64,000 bases of DNA from Candidatus Shapirobacteria bacterium (GCA_043817235.1 JBDRHA010000011.1:35223-99222), one strand, 5' to 3'; shown: positions 28,414 through 39,198, counted from the stretch's first letter. The notes: generated by a model from the sequence alone, not told the origin. Program-made: numbers and translations.

Positions 28414-28840
28414 TGTCTTTTGCTTTAACAAACTCCATTTTAGCGTAAGGGTGCTTGTCATCTTTGTAAACCTTTAATCTCGTCATTCTTTTTTTTCTTA
28501 GTTTATTTTTCGGAAGCATCCCCCAAACCGCTTTTTCAATTACCATCTTGGGGTTTTTTTCTTTTAAATCTTTTAAGCTAATTTCTTTAATCCCTCCCGG
28601 GTAGCCGGTATAGTGCTGATAAAGCTTGTCTTTAAGCTTATTGCCGGTCACTCTAATTCTTGAGGCGTTAATAACGACTACATTGTCTCCTTGGTCCAGG
28701 TGATAGCTAAAAGAAGTTCTGTGTTTGCCCATAAGCAGTAAAGCAACTTGGCTGGCAAATCGGCCCAAGATTTCCCCTTTGGCGTCTAAAAGATGCCAAT
28801 TTCTTTCTCCTTTTTTCTTTTTACTATGCACTGTTTTCAT
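28406..28840 (-). CDS. rplM: 50S ribosomal protein L13
   Basis: WHLLDAKG, YTGYPGG, GMLPKN. Confidence 0.97.
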   Translation of the reverse strand: MKTVHSKKKKGERNWHLLDAKGEILGRFASQVALLLMGKHRTSFSYHLDQGDNVVVINASRIRVTGNKLKDKLYQHYTGYPGGIKEISLKDLKEKNPKMVIEKAVWGMLPKNKLRKKRMTRLKVYKDDKHPYAKMEFVKAKDNG

Positions 28841-29292
28841 TTCTTCTTTTCTTTTTTAACCTGATCTTTTTGCTTCCTGGTTTCCTTTTTAATTTTTTTA
28901 TCTTTATTTTTTTTGATCTCTTTTTTTACCCCGCCCTGACCGTCAATAAATTCAACCATTACTAAAAGAGCATTGTCGCCCCTTCTTCTTGCTAGTTTTC
29001 TTTGCCGTGTTATTCCCCCTTCATTTTTCTGAAAACGAGGAAGAATATCTTTAGCGATCTGATTAACAAATTTTTCATCACCAAATAAAGAAAAAGCAAA
29101 CCGCCGGCCGGAGAGATCGTTTCTTTTTAATCGGGCAATTATCCTTTCAGCTAAAGAAACAGCCACTCTAGCCCTGGTCAAAGTGGTTTTGATTTTGCCA
29201 TGCAAAAACAAATCCCGAACTAAATTTTTCTTTAAAGCCCGGCGCTGATCATAGTTTCGGCTTAACTTTTTCCTTTTTTTTAAGTGGCGCAT
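28837..29292 (-). CDS. rplQ: 50S ribosomal protein L17
   Basis: MRHLKK, IKTTLTRA, RRGDNA. Confidence 0.95.
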   Translation of the reverse strand: MRHLKKRKKLSRNYDQRRALKKNLVRDLFLHGKIKTTLTRARVAVSLAERIIARLKRNDLSGRRFAFSLFGDEKFVNQIAKDILPRFQKNEGGITRQRKLARRRGDNALLVMVEFIDGQGGVKKEIKKNKDKKIKKETRKQKDQVKKEKKK

Positions 29293-29297
29293 TAATT

Positions 29298-30212
29298 TTA
29301 ATCCTCCAAATTAACTCCCCGGTTAGCTAAAACTTTAGCTAACTGCTGGAAAGATTTCTCTCCAACATTCTTTACCTTTACCAAATCTGCTTTTTTCATT
29401 CCCTCAAAATCCGCTAGCTTCTTAAATCCACTCTTTTTTAAGGCATTAACTAATCTTAGGGGCAGATCAAGCTCCTCAAGGTAAAGAGAAAGATTGTCAT
29501 TATTGTCTTTCTTTTTGACACTTTTTGCTTCTTTTTTGACTGGCTTAACAATCAAAGAAAAGCCACTTGCCAACGTTTGAGCTGCTTGCTTTAAGGCAGA
29601 CGAAGGGCTAATTGTTGCGTCTGTCCAGATTTCCAGCTCCAGCTCATTCATCCCTTTTTTCTTGCCTACACGCATTTCTCTCACCTGATAAGTAGCCTTA
29701 GTAACAGGAGAATAGATCGCGTCAATAGGTATCCAGCGCACCTTATCGCTCTTATTTTCCTCTGCTAGAGAATAACCCGCATCTTTCTTCGCCTCAAAAT
29801 CTATTTTCAGCTCCGATTGACGATTAGCAAGATGAGCTAAAACTAGATCAGGATTAGCAATTTCAACGCCCGTAGGTGTTTTAATATCTCCAGCTTTTAC
29901 TTCCCCCGGACCTTTTTTATTCAGTTCCAGACGAAAAGGCTTGTCTTTTTCTGATCTGATCCTTATTTGTTTAATATTCATAATAACATCAATCAAGTCT
30001 TCCTTAACGCCTTTCAGCAAGGCGAAGGGGTGGTTGGCGCCCTTTACCCTAATCTGTGTAATGGCGATACCCGGAATATAGCCCAAAAGAACCCGGCGCA
30101 AAGAATTGCCAAAAGTATGACCGAAACCGGAGGGCAAGGAAGAAATGACAAAGCGCCCGTAATCTTGAGCTTTATTTTCCTTTTTAGTGATCCAAAATTT
30201 AAAACTTTCCAT
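29298..30212 (-). CDS. rpoA: RNA polymerase alpha subunit
   Basis: GFGHTFGNSLRRVLL, GVKED, IDAIYSPV. Confidence 0.97.
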   Translation of the reverse strand: MESFKFWITKKENKAQDYGRFVISSLPSGFGHTFGNSLRRVLLGYIPGIAITQIRVKGANHPFALLKGVKEDLIDVIMNIKQIRIRSEKDKPFRLELNKKGPGEVKAGDIKTPTGVEIANPDLVLAHLANRQSELKIDFEAKKDAGYSLAEENKSDKVRWIPIDAIYSPVTKATYQVREMRVGKKKGMNELELEIWTDATISPSSALKQAAQTLASGFSLIVKPVKKEAKSVKKKDNNDNLSLYLEELDLPLRLVNALKKSGFKKLADFEGMKKADLVKVKNVGEKSFQQLAKVLANRGVNLED

Positions 30213-30270
30213 TCTTTTTAAAACCTCCTAGTGCTTATTTTAAGCAAATTAAAATTTAATATAATATTGT

Positions 30271-30891
30271 TTAGCGAGAATAATACTCTATAACCAAGCC
30301 GGGGTCCAAGTCTGCCGGCCAATCTTTAACCTCCGGTTCTTTGCCTACCTTACCTATCAAGCCCTTTTTGGCCAACCAAACCGGAATATTTATATCTTTT
30401 TTCTCCAGCCAGCTTTTGATATGAACCAGATTAGCAGCTTTAGCTGACAACTCTACTCGGTCTTTTGGTCTCACCTGATAAGAAGGGATTGTTACTTTTT
30501 GATCATTAACCTTAACTTGACCATGAGCAATAAGCTGTTTAGACGCGGCCCGAGAAGGGGCAAAGCCCAAGCGATAAACAACATTATCCAGCCTCGCTTC
30601 TAATAAACGGACTAAATTTTCTTCAGGCTGTCCGGCTAAGCTTTCCGCGCTAAGGAAATAATTTTTAAGCTCCCGCTCCCTAAGGCCATAATATCTTTTT
30701 ATTTTCTGCTTCCCTCGAAGCTGAGTGCCAAAGCCGGAAAGCCGCAAGCTGCTTCTTAAACCATGGTCTCCAGGCGGAACTCCGCCTTTTTTATCTATCG
30801 GGCATTTAGGCGAAAAACAGCGTTCCCCTTTTAAATAAAGCTTTGCTCTTTCCCGGCGGCAAATTCGGCACTTTTTAGGCATACTGGCCAT
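30271..30891 (-). CDS. rpsD: 30S ribosomal protein S4
   Basis: CRICRRE, LEARLDNVVYRLG, IEYYSR. Confidence 0.97.
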   Translation of the reverse strand: MASMPKKCRICRRERAKLYLKGERCFSPKCPIDKKGGVPPGDHGLRSSLRLSGFGTQLRGKQKIKRYYGLRERELKNYFLSAESLAGQPEENLVRLLEARLDNVVYRLGFAPSRAASKQLIAHGQVKVNDQKVTIPSYQVRPKDRVELSAKAANLVHIKSWLEKKDINIPVWLAKKGLIGKVGKEPEVKDWPADLDPGLVIEYYSR

Positions 30892-30892
30892 G

Positions 30893-31282
30893 TTAAATTC
30901 TTCTCCTTTTGGGTGGTCGCGGGCCGTTATGAGGAAGGGGAGTAATGTCGGAAATGGCCAGCAGATCTATTCCCCTTCTTGCGCCTAATATTTTTAAAGC
31001 CGCATCACGGCCGGGACCCGGACCCTTAATATAAACTTCCAGTTTTTTTAAACCTAAATTTTTAATAATTTCTATGGCTGACTCCAGAGTGGTGTTGGCC
31101 GCATAAGGAGTTGATTTTCTGGTTCCTTTAAAACCTAAGCGTCCGCTTGAAGTCCAAGCTAAAGGATAACCCTTTTCGTCGGTAATAGTAACTACTGTAT
31201 TATTAAAAGAAGCAGTAATATAAGCCCGACCCTCACCGGTCAGAGATCTTTGCTGTTTTTTTACTTTATCTTTTTTTGCCAT
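30893..31282 (-). CDS. rpsK: 30S ribosomal protein S11
   Basis: ASFNNT, KSTPYAA, PHNGPRPPKRRR. Confidence 0.97.
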   Translation of the reverse strand: MAKKDKVKKQQRSLTGEGRAYITASFNNTVVTITDEKGYPLAWTSSGRLGFKGTRKSTPYAANTTLESAIEIIKNLGLKKLEVYIKGPGPGRDAALKILGARRGIDLLAISDITPLPHNGPRPPKRRRI

Positions 31283-31285
31283 TTT

Positions 31286-31702
31286 TTAGCTTTTCTTTTC
31301 TAAAGCCTCCTTTTGCTGAGCTTCAATTTTGGCCCACATTTCTTTAGTTAAAGCGCCAACAGTCTTTTTCTTGCCTCTCTTGGTGCGGGCATTAACTCTT
31401 GTTCTCTGTCCTCGGACAGGTAAGTTTACGATATGCCTGATTCCTCGATAAGAGCGAATGGCCTTAAGTCTTTCAATATCTCCTCTTATTTCCGCCCGCA
31501 GATCTCCCTCAGTTTTATAAGAGCGCACACCAGCCAGAAGCCGGCTAATTTCTTCCGGCGTCAACTGCGCTGCCCTTTTGTTCGCATCAAGATTAGATAT
31601 TTTAATTACTTTTTTAGCTCGACTAGGCCCAATGCCGTAGATTCTTGTTAAGGCAACTTCTAGTCTCTCCTTGTCTGGAATTTGAAAACTACCTAATCTC
31701 AT
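31286..31702 (-). CDS. rpsM: 30S ribosomal protein S13
   Basis: LTRIYGIG, LPVRGQRTRVNARTKRG. Confidence 0.97.
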   Translation of the reverse strand: MRLGSFQIPDKERLEVALTRIYGIGPSRAKKVIKISNLDANKRAAQLTPEEISRLLAGVRSYKTEGDLRAEIRGDIERLKAIRSYRGIRHIVNLPVRGQRTRVNARTKRGKKKTVGALTKEMWAKIEAQQKEALEKKS

Positions 31703-31704
31703 TT

Positions 31705-31818
31705 TTAACCTTGCCTTTGCTTATGCCGAGGATTTTTACATATAACAAAAACTTTGCCTCGTCGGCGCACAATTTTGCATTCTCGGCATCTTCTTTTAAC
31801 ACTTGGTTTTACTTTCAT
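31705..31818 (-). CDS. rpmJ: 50S ribosomal protein L36
   Basis: Below ORF cutoff; [37 protein letters not shown]. Confidence 0.97.
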   Translation of the reverse strand: MKVKPSVKRRCRECKIVRRRGKVFVICKNPRHKQRQG

Positions 31819-31822
31819 TTTC

Positions 31823-32044
31823 TCATTTTTCCCGATAAATAATTCTTCCCTTGGTAGAGTCATTGGCATCTATTTCCACCCTTACTTTGTCTCCCGGAAC
31901 AATTCGAATATAGTTAAGCCTCATTCGCCCGGAAAGATAAGCCAAAACCTGCTGACCATTTTCCAGAGTTACCTGAAAAGTTGTGTCAGGCAAGGGTTTT
32001 GCCACCACACCACTAAAAATATGTTTTTGACTGTCTTTGGACAT
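31823..32044 (-). CDS. infA: translation initiation factor IF-1
   Basis: [28 protein letters not shown]. Confidence 0.95.
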   Translation of the reverse strand: MSKDSQKHIFSGVVAKPLPDTTFQVTLENGQQVLAYLSGRMRLNYIRIVPGDKVRVEIDANDSTKGRIIYREK

Positions 32045-32780
32045 AGTTCCAACTAAACGGAGTTAATTCTTCCGCTCGGTTTTGGTCAACTAAAATTGTT
32101 TTCTCAAAAAGTGCTGTCATTTTACCATCTTGAGCACTAATTGTCCACCCATCGGGTTCAAGCTTAATTTCTCCGCTTCCTTTAGAGTAAATTATTTCTA
32201 TTGCTAGAGTCATTTCCTTTTTAAGCTTAGGTGTATTTTCTGCCTTCCCTTTTAAAAAACCGGGTATATTAGGAAAAACATGCAATTTCGACCCCACTCC
32301 ATGGCCGGTAAGATCTTTAACTACTTTGTATCCAGAGTCTTCAATAGATTGCTGAATTGCTCTAGATAAATCACCCACAAATCCTCCTGCTTTTGCCATC
32401 AAAATTGCTTTTTGCAAGGCTGTTTCACCTGCTTTAAGAAATTCCGATTCTTTTTTAGTTCCCACTTCTAGCGTATAAGCCATGTCAAAATGCTGGTTTT
32501 TAAAAACTAGACCCATGTCTAAACTAACTAAATCCCCTTTTTTTATTTCCTTTTTATCCGGAATGCCATGAACTACACCAGAGTTTAAATTAATGCAGGT
32601 CGCCCACTGATAGCTGCCCACAGTTTTAAACGAAGCATCAAAGTCTTCTTTATCCAGCCAGTCTTGAGCAATTTGATTAATTTCTTCCAGCCTTTTTCCC
32701 TCTTTTATCTCCTCAAGGGTCTTGCCAAAAATATCACTTAATTTTCTTCCTCCATAGGTTAAAGCTTTCTTATCGCTCAT
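32013..32780 (-). CDS. map: methionine aminopeptidase
   Basis: VVHGIP, SLDMG, GHGVG, AIE, FEKT; start set at MSDKK. Confidence 0.92.
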   Translation of the reverse strand: MSDKKALTYGGRKLSDIFGKTLEEIKEGKRLEEINQIAQDWLDKEDFDASFKTVGSYQWATCINLNSGVVHGIPDKKEIKKGDLVSLDMGLVFKNQHFDMAYTLEVGTKKESEFLKAGETALQKAILMAKAGGFVGDLSRAIQQSIEDSGYKVVKDLTGHGVGSKLHVFPNIPGFLKGKAENTPKLKKEMTLAIEIIYSKGSGEIKLEPDGWTISAQDGKMTALFEKTILVDQNRAEELTPFSWNYVQRQSKTYF

Positions 32781-33384
32781 TTTCTTTAGATATCTTATAG
32801 ACTCTATTTCTAATTTCGGCATGAATCGGCTTGATCCTTCTTTCTCCGTTAACCTCAGCTAAAATTCCCCTTTTTTTATAATAAGCCAGAATAGGATTGA
32901 TGTTTTCTCCATACTCTTCCAGCCTTTTTTTAATTGCGGCTTGGCTCTCGTCTTTTCTTTTTTGATTCGGATAAAACCCTTTTCCTTTTTGAGCTAGTTT
33001 ATTTCGCCGCTCCGTTATTACGCTAGGCCTTACTTTAAGATGAATTACCAGATTCAAAAAAGAATTATGCTTAAGCAAAAACTCATCCAAAAGAGGCGGC
33101 TGGCCTGACAGGCGAGGAAAACCATCTAAGATAAATCCTTTCTTTAGTGCTTTTTTTAATAGGGGACTTAGAACGGACATAGTTAAAGCCGTCGGAACCC
33201 ATTTTCCTTGAACAACATACTTTTCTGCCAGCTTGCCTTTTTTTGTTTTTTTCTCAATTTCCTTTCTAAAAATCTCGCCCATGGAAATATGCTCAAGACC
33301 AAATTCCTTTTCCAAAAACTTGGCCTGAGTGCCCTTGCCGCTGCCAGAAGGGCCAATAATTATTAAATATAAGGGTCTTTTCAT
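32770..33384 (-). CDS. adk: adenylate kinase
   Basis: GPSGSGKGTQA, GFILDGFPR. Confidence 0.93.
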   Translation of the reverse strand: MKRPLYLIIIGPSGSGKGTQAKFLEKEFGLEHISMGEIFRKEIEKKTKKGKLAEKYVVQGKWVPTALTMSVLSPLLKKALKKGFILDGFPRLSGQPPLLDEFLLKHNSFLNLVIHLKVRPSVITERRNKLAQKGKGFYPNQKRKDESQAAIKKRLEEYGENINPILAYYKKRGILAEVNGERRIKPIHAEIRNRVYKISKENER

Positions 33385-33385
33385 T

Positions 33386-34675
33386 TTAAAAATATGATTG
33401 GTAACGCCAGGTTTGAACTAGATTTTCCAGCAAGCGGTGCAACTCTAAAACTACTGACACAACAATTAAGATTCCTGTCCCGCCTAAAGATAAAGTCGAA
33501 AGATTAGTTATATTTTGACTTAAGGAAGGAAGAACAGCAATAAGGCCTAAAAATACCGCGCCGGCCGCTGTCACCCGAGAGAGTAAAAAAGAAAGGAACT
33601 TTTCTGTGCTAACTCCTGGGCGTACGCCAGGGACAAAAGCGCCGGACTTTCGTAAATTTTCAGCTACGTCCTTAGGGTTAAAAACCACGGTAGTATATAA
33701 ATAGGCAAAGCCCACCACGAAAATAAAGTAAGAAATACTATAAGATAAACCATTAACCTGAAATAGGCCGGAAATGCGCTGGCCAAAATTAGCTAAGCCC
33801 TCAATTTGAACTTGGGTTAAAAAACGGCCAATCAGCTGGGGCAAAGACACTAAAGAAAGAGCGAAAATAATCGGCATAACTCCGGCACTATTAATTTTTA
33901 AAGGCAAATAGCTTTCCTGGCTGGCCGCACCCGCTCGAGCCCGACGAGCATAACGAACAGGTACTTTTAAAAAGGCTTCGTCCACCAAGGTGATGCCCGC
34001 TACCAGGCCAATGCTCATTATAAAGAAAATCAGTAAGCCAAAAATATTTGATTGGGAGGCAACCGAAAAGGATTGATAAAAATTAATGGGATAACGGCTC
34101 ACAATTCCGGCGAAAATAAGCAGAGAAATGCCATTGCCTATCCCATACTGGTTAATTAGCTCCCCGAAAAACAAGAGGAGAACTGTTCCTGCCGTCATCG
34201 TCAAAACAAAGCTAAGCAAAAGAGGAAAAGACAAGGGCTCTATTATTCCCTGACTTTTAAGCAGAGCATACATTCCTATTGACTGAAGAACGGCCAAGGG
34301 AATAGTCGTTAGCCGAGTATACATGGTCAATTTTTGCCGGCCGTATTCTCCTTCTTCTCTAAGCTGTTTAATTTGGGGAAAAACAAATCCTAATAATTGG
34401 AACATCACCGAAGCATTAATGTAAGGAGTAACGCCCAAAGCACAAATGGAAAAATTAGCTAAAGTACCTCCGGAAAACATGTCCAGTAAAGCCAGAAATT
34501 GATTTTGATTAAAAAAAGACTGTAAAACTTGCGTCTTTACCCCAGAGCTGGGAAGATGAGCTAGCAGCCGAAAAACGAAAAGAATAAGCAAAGTAAAAAG
34601 CATTTTCTTTCTAACCTGAGGAATTTTCCAAGAGTCAATATAAACTCTAAGAGCCAAGATGATCTTTTTTTTCAT
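33386..34675 (-). CDS. secY: protein translocase subunit SecY
   Basis: ALGVTPYINAS, GIGNGISL, GVMPIIFA, VPGVRPG. Confidence 0.97.
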   Translation of the reverse strand: MKKKIILALRVYIDSWKIPQVRKKMLFTLLILFVFRLLAHLPSSGVKTQVLQSFFNQNQFLALLDMFSGGTLANFSICALGVTPYINASVMFQLLGFVFPQIKQLREEGEYGRQKLTMYTRLTTIPLAVLQSIGMYALLKSQGIIEPLSFPLLLSFVLTMTAGTVLLLFFGELINQYGIGNGISLLIFAGIVSRYPINFYQSFSVASQSNIFGLLIFFIMSIGLVAGITLVDEAFLKVPVRYARRARAGAASQESYLPLKINSAGVMPIIFALSLVSLPQLIGRFLTQVQIEGLANFGQRISGLFQVNGLSYSISYFIFVVGFAYLYTTVVFNPKDVAENLRKSGAFVPGVRPGVSTEKFLSFLLSRVTAAGAVFLGLIAVLPSLSQNITNLSTLSLGGTGILIVVSVVLELHRLLENLVQTWRYQSYF

Positions 34676-35118
34676 CTGTCAATCCGGCCGCCAGCCTTGA
34701 TAATCTTTTTGGCTGCAGATTGAGAACAGGGTATTTTTACTTCCAGTTTTTTAGTAATCTCTCCATTGGCTAAAACCTTTACTTTCTTATCTTTTGCCCT
34801 TATCATTCCCTTTTTAATCAGGGTTTTAAAATCTACCCTTTGCCCAGTCTTAAAGCTTTGGCTAAGTTCGCCCAGAGTTAAGATTTTCCCCTCGTCTGTC
34901 TTTCTCATCTTTCCTTTGCCGCGCAAAAAAGGAAGTCTTTTTAGCCAAGATTTCTTTACTTTTGTTCCGCTAAAACCCAGGCGAACTTTCCCTCGAGCCT
35001 TATTGCCTTTACTTCCCCGTCCAACCGTATGGCCTCCTTTTCCTGAACCGTAGCCTCGACCAAGCCTTTTGGCTCGCGATTTAGTCTTAGTTTTAGGTAA
35101 AGAGCTTAAGCTAATCAT
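34672..35118 (-). CDS. rplO: 50S ribosomal protein L15
   Basis: RLGRGYGSGKGGHTVGRG. Confidence 0.96.
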   Translation of the reverse strand: MISLSSLPKTKTKSRAKRLGRGYGSGKGGHTVGRGSKGNKARGKVRLGFSGTKVKKSWLKRLPFLRGKGKMRKTDEGKILTLGELSQSFKTGQRVDFKTLIKKGMIRAKDKKVKVLANGEITKKLEVKIPCSQSAAKKIIKAGGRIDR

Positions 35119-35573
35119 CCTCTTAAGCTATCTAAACCTTTAAAGACCGCCTTTAGGTTAGCATTTTTATTGGCGGATCCGAGCATTTTAGCAATCAGGT
35201 CCTCAATCCCGGCCACTTGAGCAATAGACCTTATAACTCCTCCGGCAATAAGGCCGCTTCCCTTTCTGCCTGGCTTAACCACCACTCTTGCCCCTTTAAA
35301 TTTAGCCATAAAGCCATGAGGAATATTTTGATTTTTTAATCTAATCTGAATCGCGCTTTTTCTTGCTTTTTTCATCGCTTTTTTGATTGCCCCGGGAACA
35401 GATTTCGCCGAAGAAAGAGCATACCCGACTTTCCCTTTCTTGTTGCCCACTACTGCTAAAACAGTAAAAGCTATTTGGTTGCCGCCTTTGGTTTTTTTAG
35501 AGGTTCTTTTAACTTCCAAAATCCTCTCTTCCCATTCACTGTTTCTTTCTTCTTTTTCAAAATTATTAGCCAT
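35115..35573 (-). CDS. rpsE: 30S ribosomal protein S5
   Basis: KKTKGG, VVGN, GLIAGG. Confidence 0.96.
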   Translation of the reverse strand: MANNFEKEERNSEWEERILEVKRTSKKTKGGNQIAFTVLAVVGNKKGKVGYALSSAKSVPGAIKKAMKKARKSAIQIRLKNQNIPHGFMAKFKGARVVVKPGRKGSGLIAGGVIRSIAQVAGIEDLIAKMLGSANKNANLKAVFKGLDSLRG

Positions 35574-35589
35574 TGCTTTGTCTTAAAAT

Positions 35590-35934
35590 TTATAAGCTCA
35601 GTCCTCCTTGACGAGCTCCTTCTGCTAAAGCTTTAACGCGTCCATGATAAGCATAACCTGAGCGATCAAAAACTACTTTTTTAATTCCTAAAGACAGTGC
35701 TTTTCTAGCTATTTCTTCCCCTGTAAGATAAGCTATTTTGGTCTTATCCGTCTTGTCTTTTTTCTTCAATAAAGTCTTGCTGAAAACCGATAGCAGGGTT
35801 TTGCCGGTGGGTAAATCTACTATTTGGCCTAAAATATGACTATTTGAGCGGCAAACAACCAATTTTCGCCCCCTGTTGAGCTTTTTAATTCTGCCTCTGA
35901 TTTTTCTGGCTCTTCTTATTCTTGTCTCTTTCAT
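35590..35934 (-). CDS. rplR: 50S ribosomal protein L18
   Basis: VVFDRSGYAYHGRVKALAEGAR. Confidence 0.96.
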   Translation of the reverse strand: MKETRIRRARKIRGRIKKLNRGRKLVVCRSNSHILGQIVDLPTGKTLLSVFSKTLLKKKDKTDKTKIAYLTGEEIARKALSLGIKKVVFDRSGYAYHGRVKALAEGARQGGLSL

Positions 35935-35936
35935 CT

Positions 35937-36485
35937 TTAAGCACCTGCCTCGCTTTTGGCTATTTTACCAGGTTTTAACTTAATTTCCTCATCAGAATAG
36001 CGAATTCCTTTGCCTTTATAGGCATCAGGTGGAGCAACTTTCCTTAATCTTGCCGCAAAAAGACCCACCTGTTGGCGATCTGGTCCTTTAATTGTAATTT
36101 TATTTTCAGCTGCTTCGGCTTTAAGGTTACCGGGAACTTCAACTTTGACCGGGTGAGAATAGCCCAAAATCAACTCCAGCCAATTATCTTTTAAATTTAC
36201 TTTATATCCAGTCCCCACTACTTCCAGCTGCCTTTCCCAACCCTCGCTTACGCCTTTAACGGCATTAGAGAGCAAGCTTCTTACTGTTCCGTGATTGGCT
36301 CGAGTTTTTTTGTCCTCTCGATGGCGGGTAATAATCAGGGAATTATCTTCTCGTTTCACCTTAATCGCCAAAGGAATCTCAACATTTACTTCCCCCAAAA
36401 CACCTTTTACCAGAATTTTATCTGGCTCTAAAACTACTTCAACTGAATCAGGTATTAAAACCGGTTGTTGTCCTATTTTTGACAT
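35937..36485 (-). CDS. rplF: 50S ribosomal protein L6
   Basis: MSKIGQQP, LGYSHP, PDAYKGKGIRY. Confidence 0.97.
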   Translation of the reverse strand: MSKIGQQPVLIPDSVEVVLEPDKILVKGVLGEVNVEIPLAIKVKREDNSLIITRHREDKKTRANHGTVRSLLSNAVKGVSEGWERQLEVVGTGYKVNLKDNWLELILGYSHPVKVEVPGNLKAEAAENKITIKGPDRQQVGLFAARLRKVAPPDAYKGKGIRYSDEEIKLKPGKIAKSEAGA

Positions 36486-36488
36486 TTT

Positions 36489-36866
36489 TTACCACAAAAC
36501 AGCAATAACTTCCCCGCCTAAATTCTTTTTTCTCGCCTCTCTGCCACTCATTATTCCTCCAGGTGTACTCATAATCACCACGCCACCAGGAGCGGGAAAA
36601 TAAGGAATATTTTTGCTTCCCGCATAAAAACGGCGTCCCGGCTTAGAATAAAGCTTAATTTGCCAAAATGGCCTTTTTTCTTTGGAAACTAACTCCACCG
36701 ATAGCATATTCTTTTGCACCTCGGCTTTAACCAAAAAATCACTTTTGACTAAAAGATCGGCAACTTCTTTCTTTATTCGGGAAAAAGGAGTAGTTAAAGA
36801 CATTTTCCCCGATAAGTGGGCATTTTTAAGAATAATTAAAAAATTTCCAAGTGGGTAATTGTTCAT
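36489..36866 (-). CDS. rpsH: 30S ribosomal protein S8
   Basis: SKPGRRFY, STPGG, GGEV. Confidence 0.95.
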   Translation of the reverse strand: MNNYPLGNFLIILKNAHLSGKMSLTTPFSRIKKEVADLLVKSDFLVKAEVQKNMLSVELVSKEKRPFWQIKLYSKPGRRFYAGSKNIPYFPAPGGVVIMSTPGGIMSGREARKKNLGGEVIAVLW

Positions 36867-36870
36867 TTTT

Positions 36871-37056
36871 TTACCAGCTGGCCTTTCTTACTCCAGGCAA
36901 TAATCCTTCCCGCGCAAGCTTTCTAAAGCAAAGGCGGCAAAGACCAAAAAAGCGCAAATAACCATGTGGCCGGCCGCACAAGCGGCAACGATTATGATAC
37001 CGTACTTTATACTTTAACTTTTTTCCTTCTCTTACTATTTTTGCTTTTGACGCCAT
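36871..37056 (-). CDS. rpsN: 30S ribosomal protein S14, zinc-binding type Z
   Basis: RCRLCGR...[11 protein letters not shown]. Confidence 0.96.
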   Translation of the reverse strand: MASKAKIVREGKKLKYKVRYHNRCRLCGRPHGYLRFFGLCRLCFRKLAREGLLPGVRKASW

Positions 37057-37599
37057 TTATTTTCCTTTTTCTACCAGTGGCAGGCCTAGAGCCAATAATA
37101 ACTCTTTAACCTGTTTCTTTTTAGCACTAGAAACAACAAAAGTAATCTCTACTCCTTTAATTCTTTTAATCTCTTCTGTCGGCAGGGTAGGAAATACTGT
37201 TTGTTCAGAAATACCCAGGCTATAGTTAGCTTGAGAATCAAATTTACTGGTAGGCAAACCTCTAAAGTCTCTTAAACGAGGTAAAATTAACTTTACGATT
37301 ATCTCAACAAAATCATACATTCTTTTGCCGCGTAAAGTTGACTTTAAACCGACAATCTCTCCTTTTCTAAGTTTAAAACCGGAAACTGCTTTTTTAGCCC
37401 GATTAATCCTGGGTTTTTGCCCAGTAATCAAGCCTAGCTGCTTGCTAAATTCCTCAATCAAAGCTGGATCATCCTTTTCTGCCGCTATTCCCATATGAAC
37501 AACTATCTTCTCTAAGGCAGGAACTTCATGCAAATTAGAAAATCCTAATTTTTCTGCTAATTCCGGTTTTATTTTTTCTTCCCAATCTTTTCTTAACAT
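37057..37599 (-). CDS. rplE: 50S ribosomal protein L5
   Basis: ITGQKP, LPRLRDFRG. Confidence 0.97.
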   Translation of the reverse strand: MLRKDWEEKIKPELAEKLGFSNLHEVPALEKIVVHMGIAAEKDDPALIEEFSKQLGLITGQKPRINRAKKAVSGFKLRKGEIVGLKSTLRGKRMYDFVEIIVKLILPRLRDFRGLPTSKFDSQANYSLGISEQTVFPTLPTEEIKRIKGVEITFVVSSAKKKQVKELLLALGLPLVEKGK

Positions 37600-37616
37600 T
37601 TTTTATTTACCTCTTT

Positions 37617-37937
37617 TTACGAGAGCAGGCTTTTACAACGTGAACAAATTCGCTGTTTTTGCCCACTTTTATCCACTAACCAGCTTATTCGAGAAGGCTT
37701 TTTGCATTTCGGGCAGAAAATCCCCAACCTAAAAACAGGAAGAGGCTTTTCAAGATCAATAATTCCTCCCGGCTGATCTTTGCCCTGAGCCTTAACATGC
37801 TTTTTAACAACATTAATACCCTTAACAAGAGCCTTTCTTTTCTTAGTAATAATTGCAACCACCTCGCCCTTTTTACCCCTGTCTCGTCCAGTCAAAACAA
37901 CTACCTGGTCTCCTTTTTTAATTTTTAATTTCTTCAT
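37617..37937 (-). CDS. rplX: 50S ribosomal protein L24
   Basis: IKKGDQVVVLTGRDRGKKG. Confidence 0.96.
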   Translation of the reverse strand: MKKLKIKKGDQVVVLTGRDRGKKGEVVAIITKKRKALVKGINVVKKHVKAQGKDQPGGIIDLEKPLPVFRLGIFCPKCKKPSRISWLVDKSGQKQRICSRCKSLLS

Positions 37938-37938
37938 T

Positions 37939-38304
37939 TTAAATGAGCTCCTTAGCCATTGCCGCTACTTTAGTAAATCCTTTTTCTCTAACTTCGCGAG
38001 CCACCGGACCAAAAATTCTGCTTCCTTTGGGTTCTTGGCCTTCAATAATCACTCCGGCATTATCGTCAAAACGAATATAAGAGCCGTCAGGCCGGCGCTC
38101 CGTCTTTCTAGTGCGCACAATTACAGCTTGCACCTTTTCTCCTTTTTTAACCATTCCTCTAGGTAAAGCCTCAATCACCGAAGCTACCACCACATCCCCC
38201 AGCCGACCCCACTTTCTTTTCCATCCACCCTTGACATGAAAAACTCGCAGGCTTTTGGCGCCAGTATTATCTGCGGATTTCAAAATTGTTCTCAATTGAA
38301 TCAT
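37939..38304 (-). CDS. rplN: 50S ribosomal protein L14
   Basis: [23 protein letters not shown]. Confidence 0.97.
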   Translation of the reverse strand: MIQLRTILKSADNTGAKSLRVFHVKGGWKRKWGRLGDVVVASVIEALPRGMVKKGEKVQAVIVRTRKTERRPDGSYIRFDDNAGVIIEGQEPKGSRIFGPVAREVREKGFTKVAAMAKELI

Positions 38305-38558
38305 TTCTTTACTTCCTTATTTGCCACAACCTTTATCACTTCAATCACTTCAAACCTTTTTAGCTTACTAAGCGGCCTGGTTTCTCTTATTATTACTTGG
38401 TCTCCTTTTTTTACTTGCTTTTCATCGTGAGCATATAATTTCTTTCTTTTCTTTAGCACCTTCCGGTAAAGCGGGTGAGGGCCCACCCTAGTTATCTCTA
38501 CTACTATAGTTTTATTGACCGAATCGCTAATTACTTTCCCCTTAAACCTTTTGGCCAT
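38301..38558 (-). CDS. rpsQ: 30S ribosomal protein S17
   Basis: HPLYRK, ETRPLSK. Confidence 0.96.
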   Translation of the reverse strand: MAKRFKGKVISDSVNKTIVVEITRVGPHPLYRKVLKKRKKLYAHDEKQVKKGDQVIIRETRPLSKLKRFEVIEVIKVVANKEVKK

Positions 38559-38768
38559 TTATTTTTCTCCCTCTAATTCTTTTTGTCTAACTAAAGACTT
38601 TACTAAAGCTATCTTTTTCTTTAAGCGGGTAGTCTTTTTTACATCTTTTCCTTTATCTTGGGCTTTTTTCATCGCCGCTTCTAGTCTATCCTTCTCCAAC
38701 TTCGCCAGCTTTCCCCTCAGCTGGCTAATTGAGCTTTGATCCAGCTCCCGTTTCTCTTTCTTTTTCAT
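38559..38768 (-). CDS. rpmC: 50S ribosomal protein L29
   Basis: Position between rplP and rpsQ, size, [10 protein letters not shown]. Confidence 0.85.
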   Translation of the reverse strand: MKKKEKRELDQSSISQLRGKLAKLEKDRLEAAMKKAQDKGKDVKKTTRLKKKIALVKSLVRQKELEGEK

Positions 38769-39181
38769 CTGTTTCCCTCTTTAAAGATTAATTTAGTTTT
38801 AAAAGGAATTTTTGCTGCCGCCAAAGTCAGAGCTTCCCGAGCCATTTTTTCCGGTACCCCACCCAGCTCAAAAAGAATCTTGCCCGGCTTAACCACCGCT
38901 ACATGAGTATCAACCTCACCCTTGCCCGCACCCATAGGTGCTCCGGGCGATTTTTTAGTAATCGGCTTATCAGGAAAAGCCCTAATCCACACCTTACCGC
39001 TTCTTTTAGTAAACCCGGTAATTACCCTTCGGGCCGCTTCAATCTGATTGCTCTTAAACCAGCCGCGTTCTAAACTCTTTAATCCAAACTCGCCAAAAGC
39101 CAGTTTATTGCCTCTTTGGCTAAGCCCTCTCATCTTTCCTCTAAACTTTTTCCGATATTTAGTTCTTTTTGGTCCTAACAT
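38765..39181 (-). CDS. rplP: 50S ribosomal protein L16
   Basis: [21 protein letters not shown]. Confidence 0.97.
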   Translation of the reverse strand: MLGPKRTKYRKKFRGKMRGLSQRGNKLAFGEFGLKSLERGWFKSNQIEAARRVITGFTKRSGKVWIRAFPDKPITKKSPGAPMGAGKGEVDTHVAVVKPGKILFELGGVPEKMAREALTLAAAKIPFKTKLIFKEGNR

Positions 39182-39198
39182 TTTTGTTTTCTTTCTGG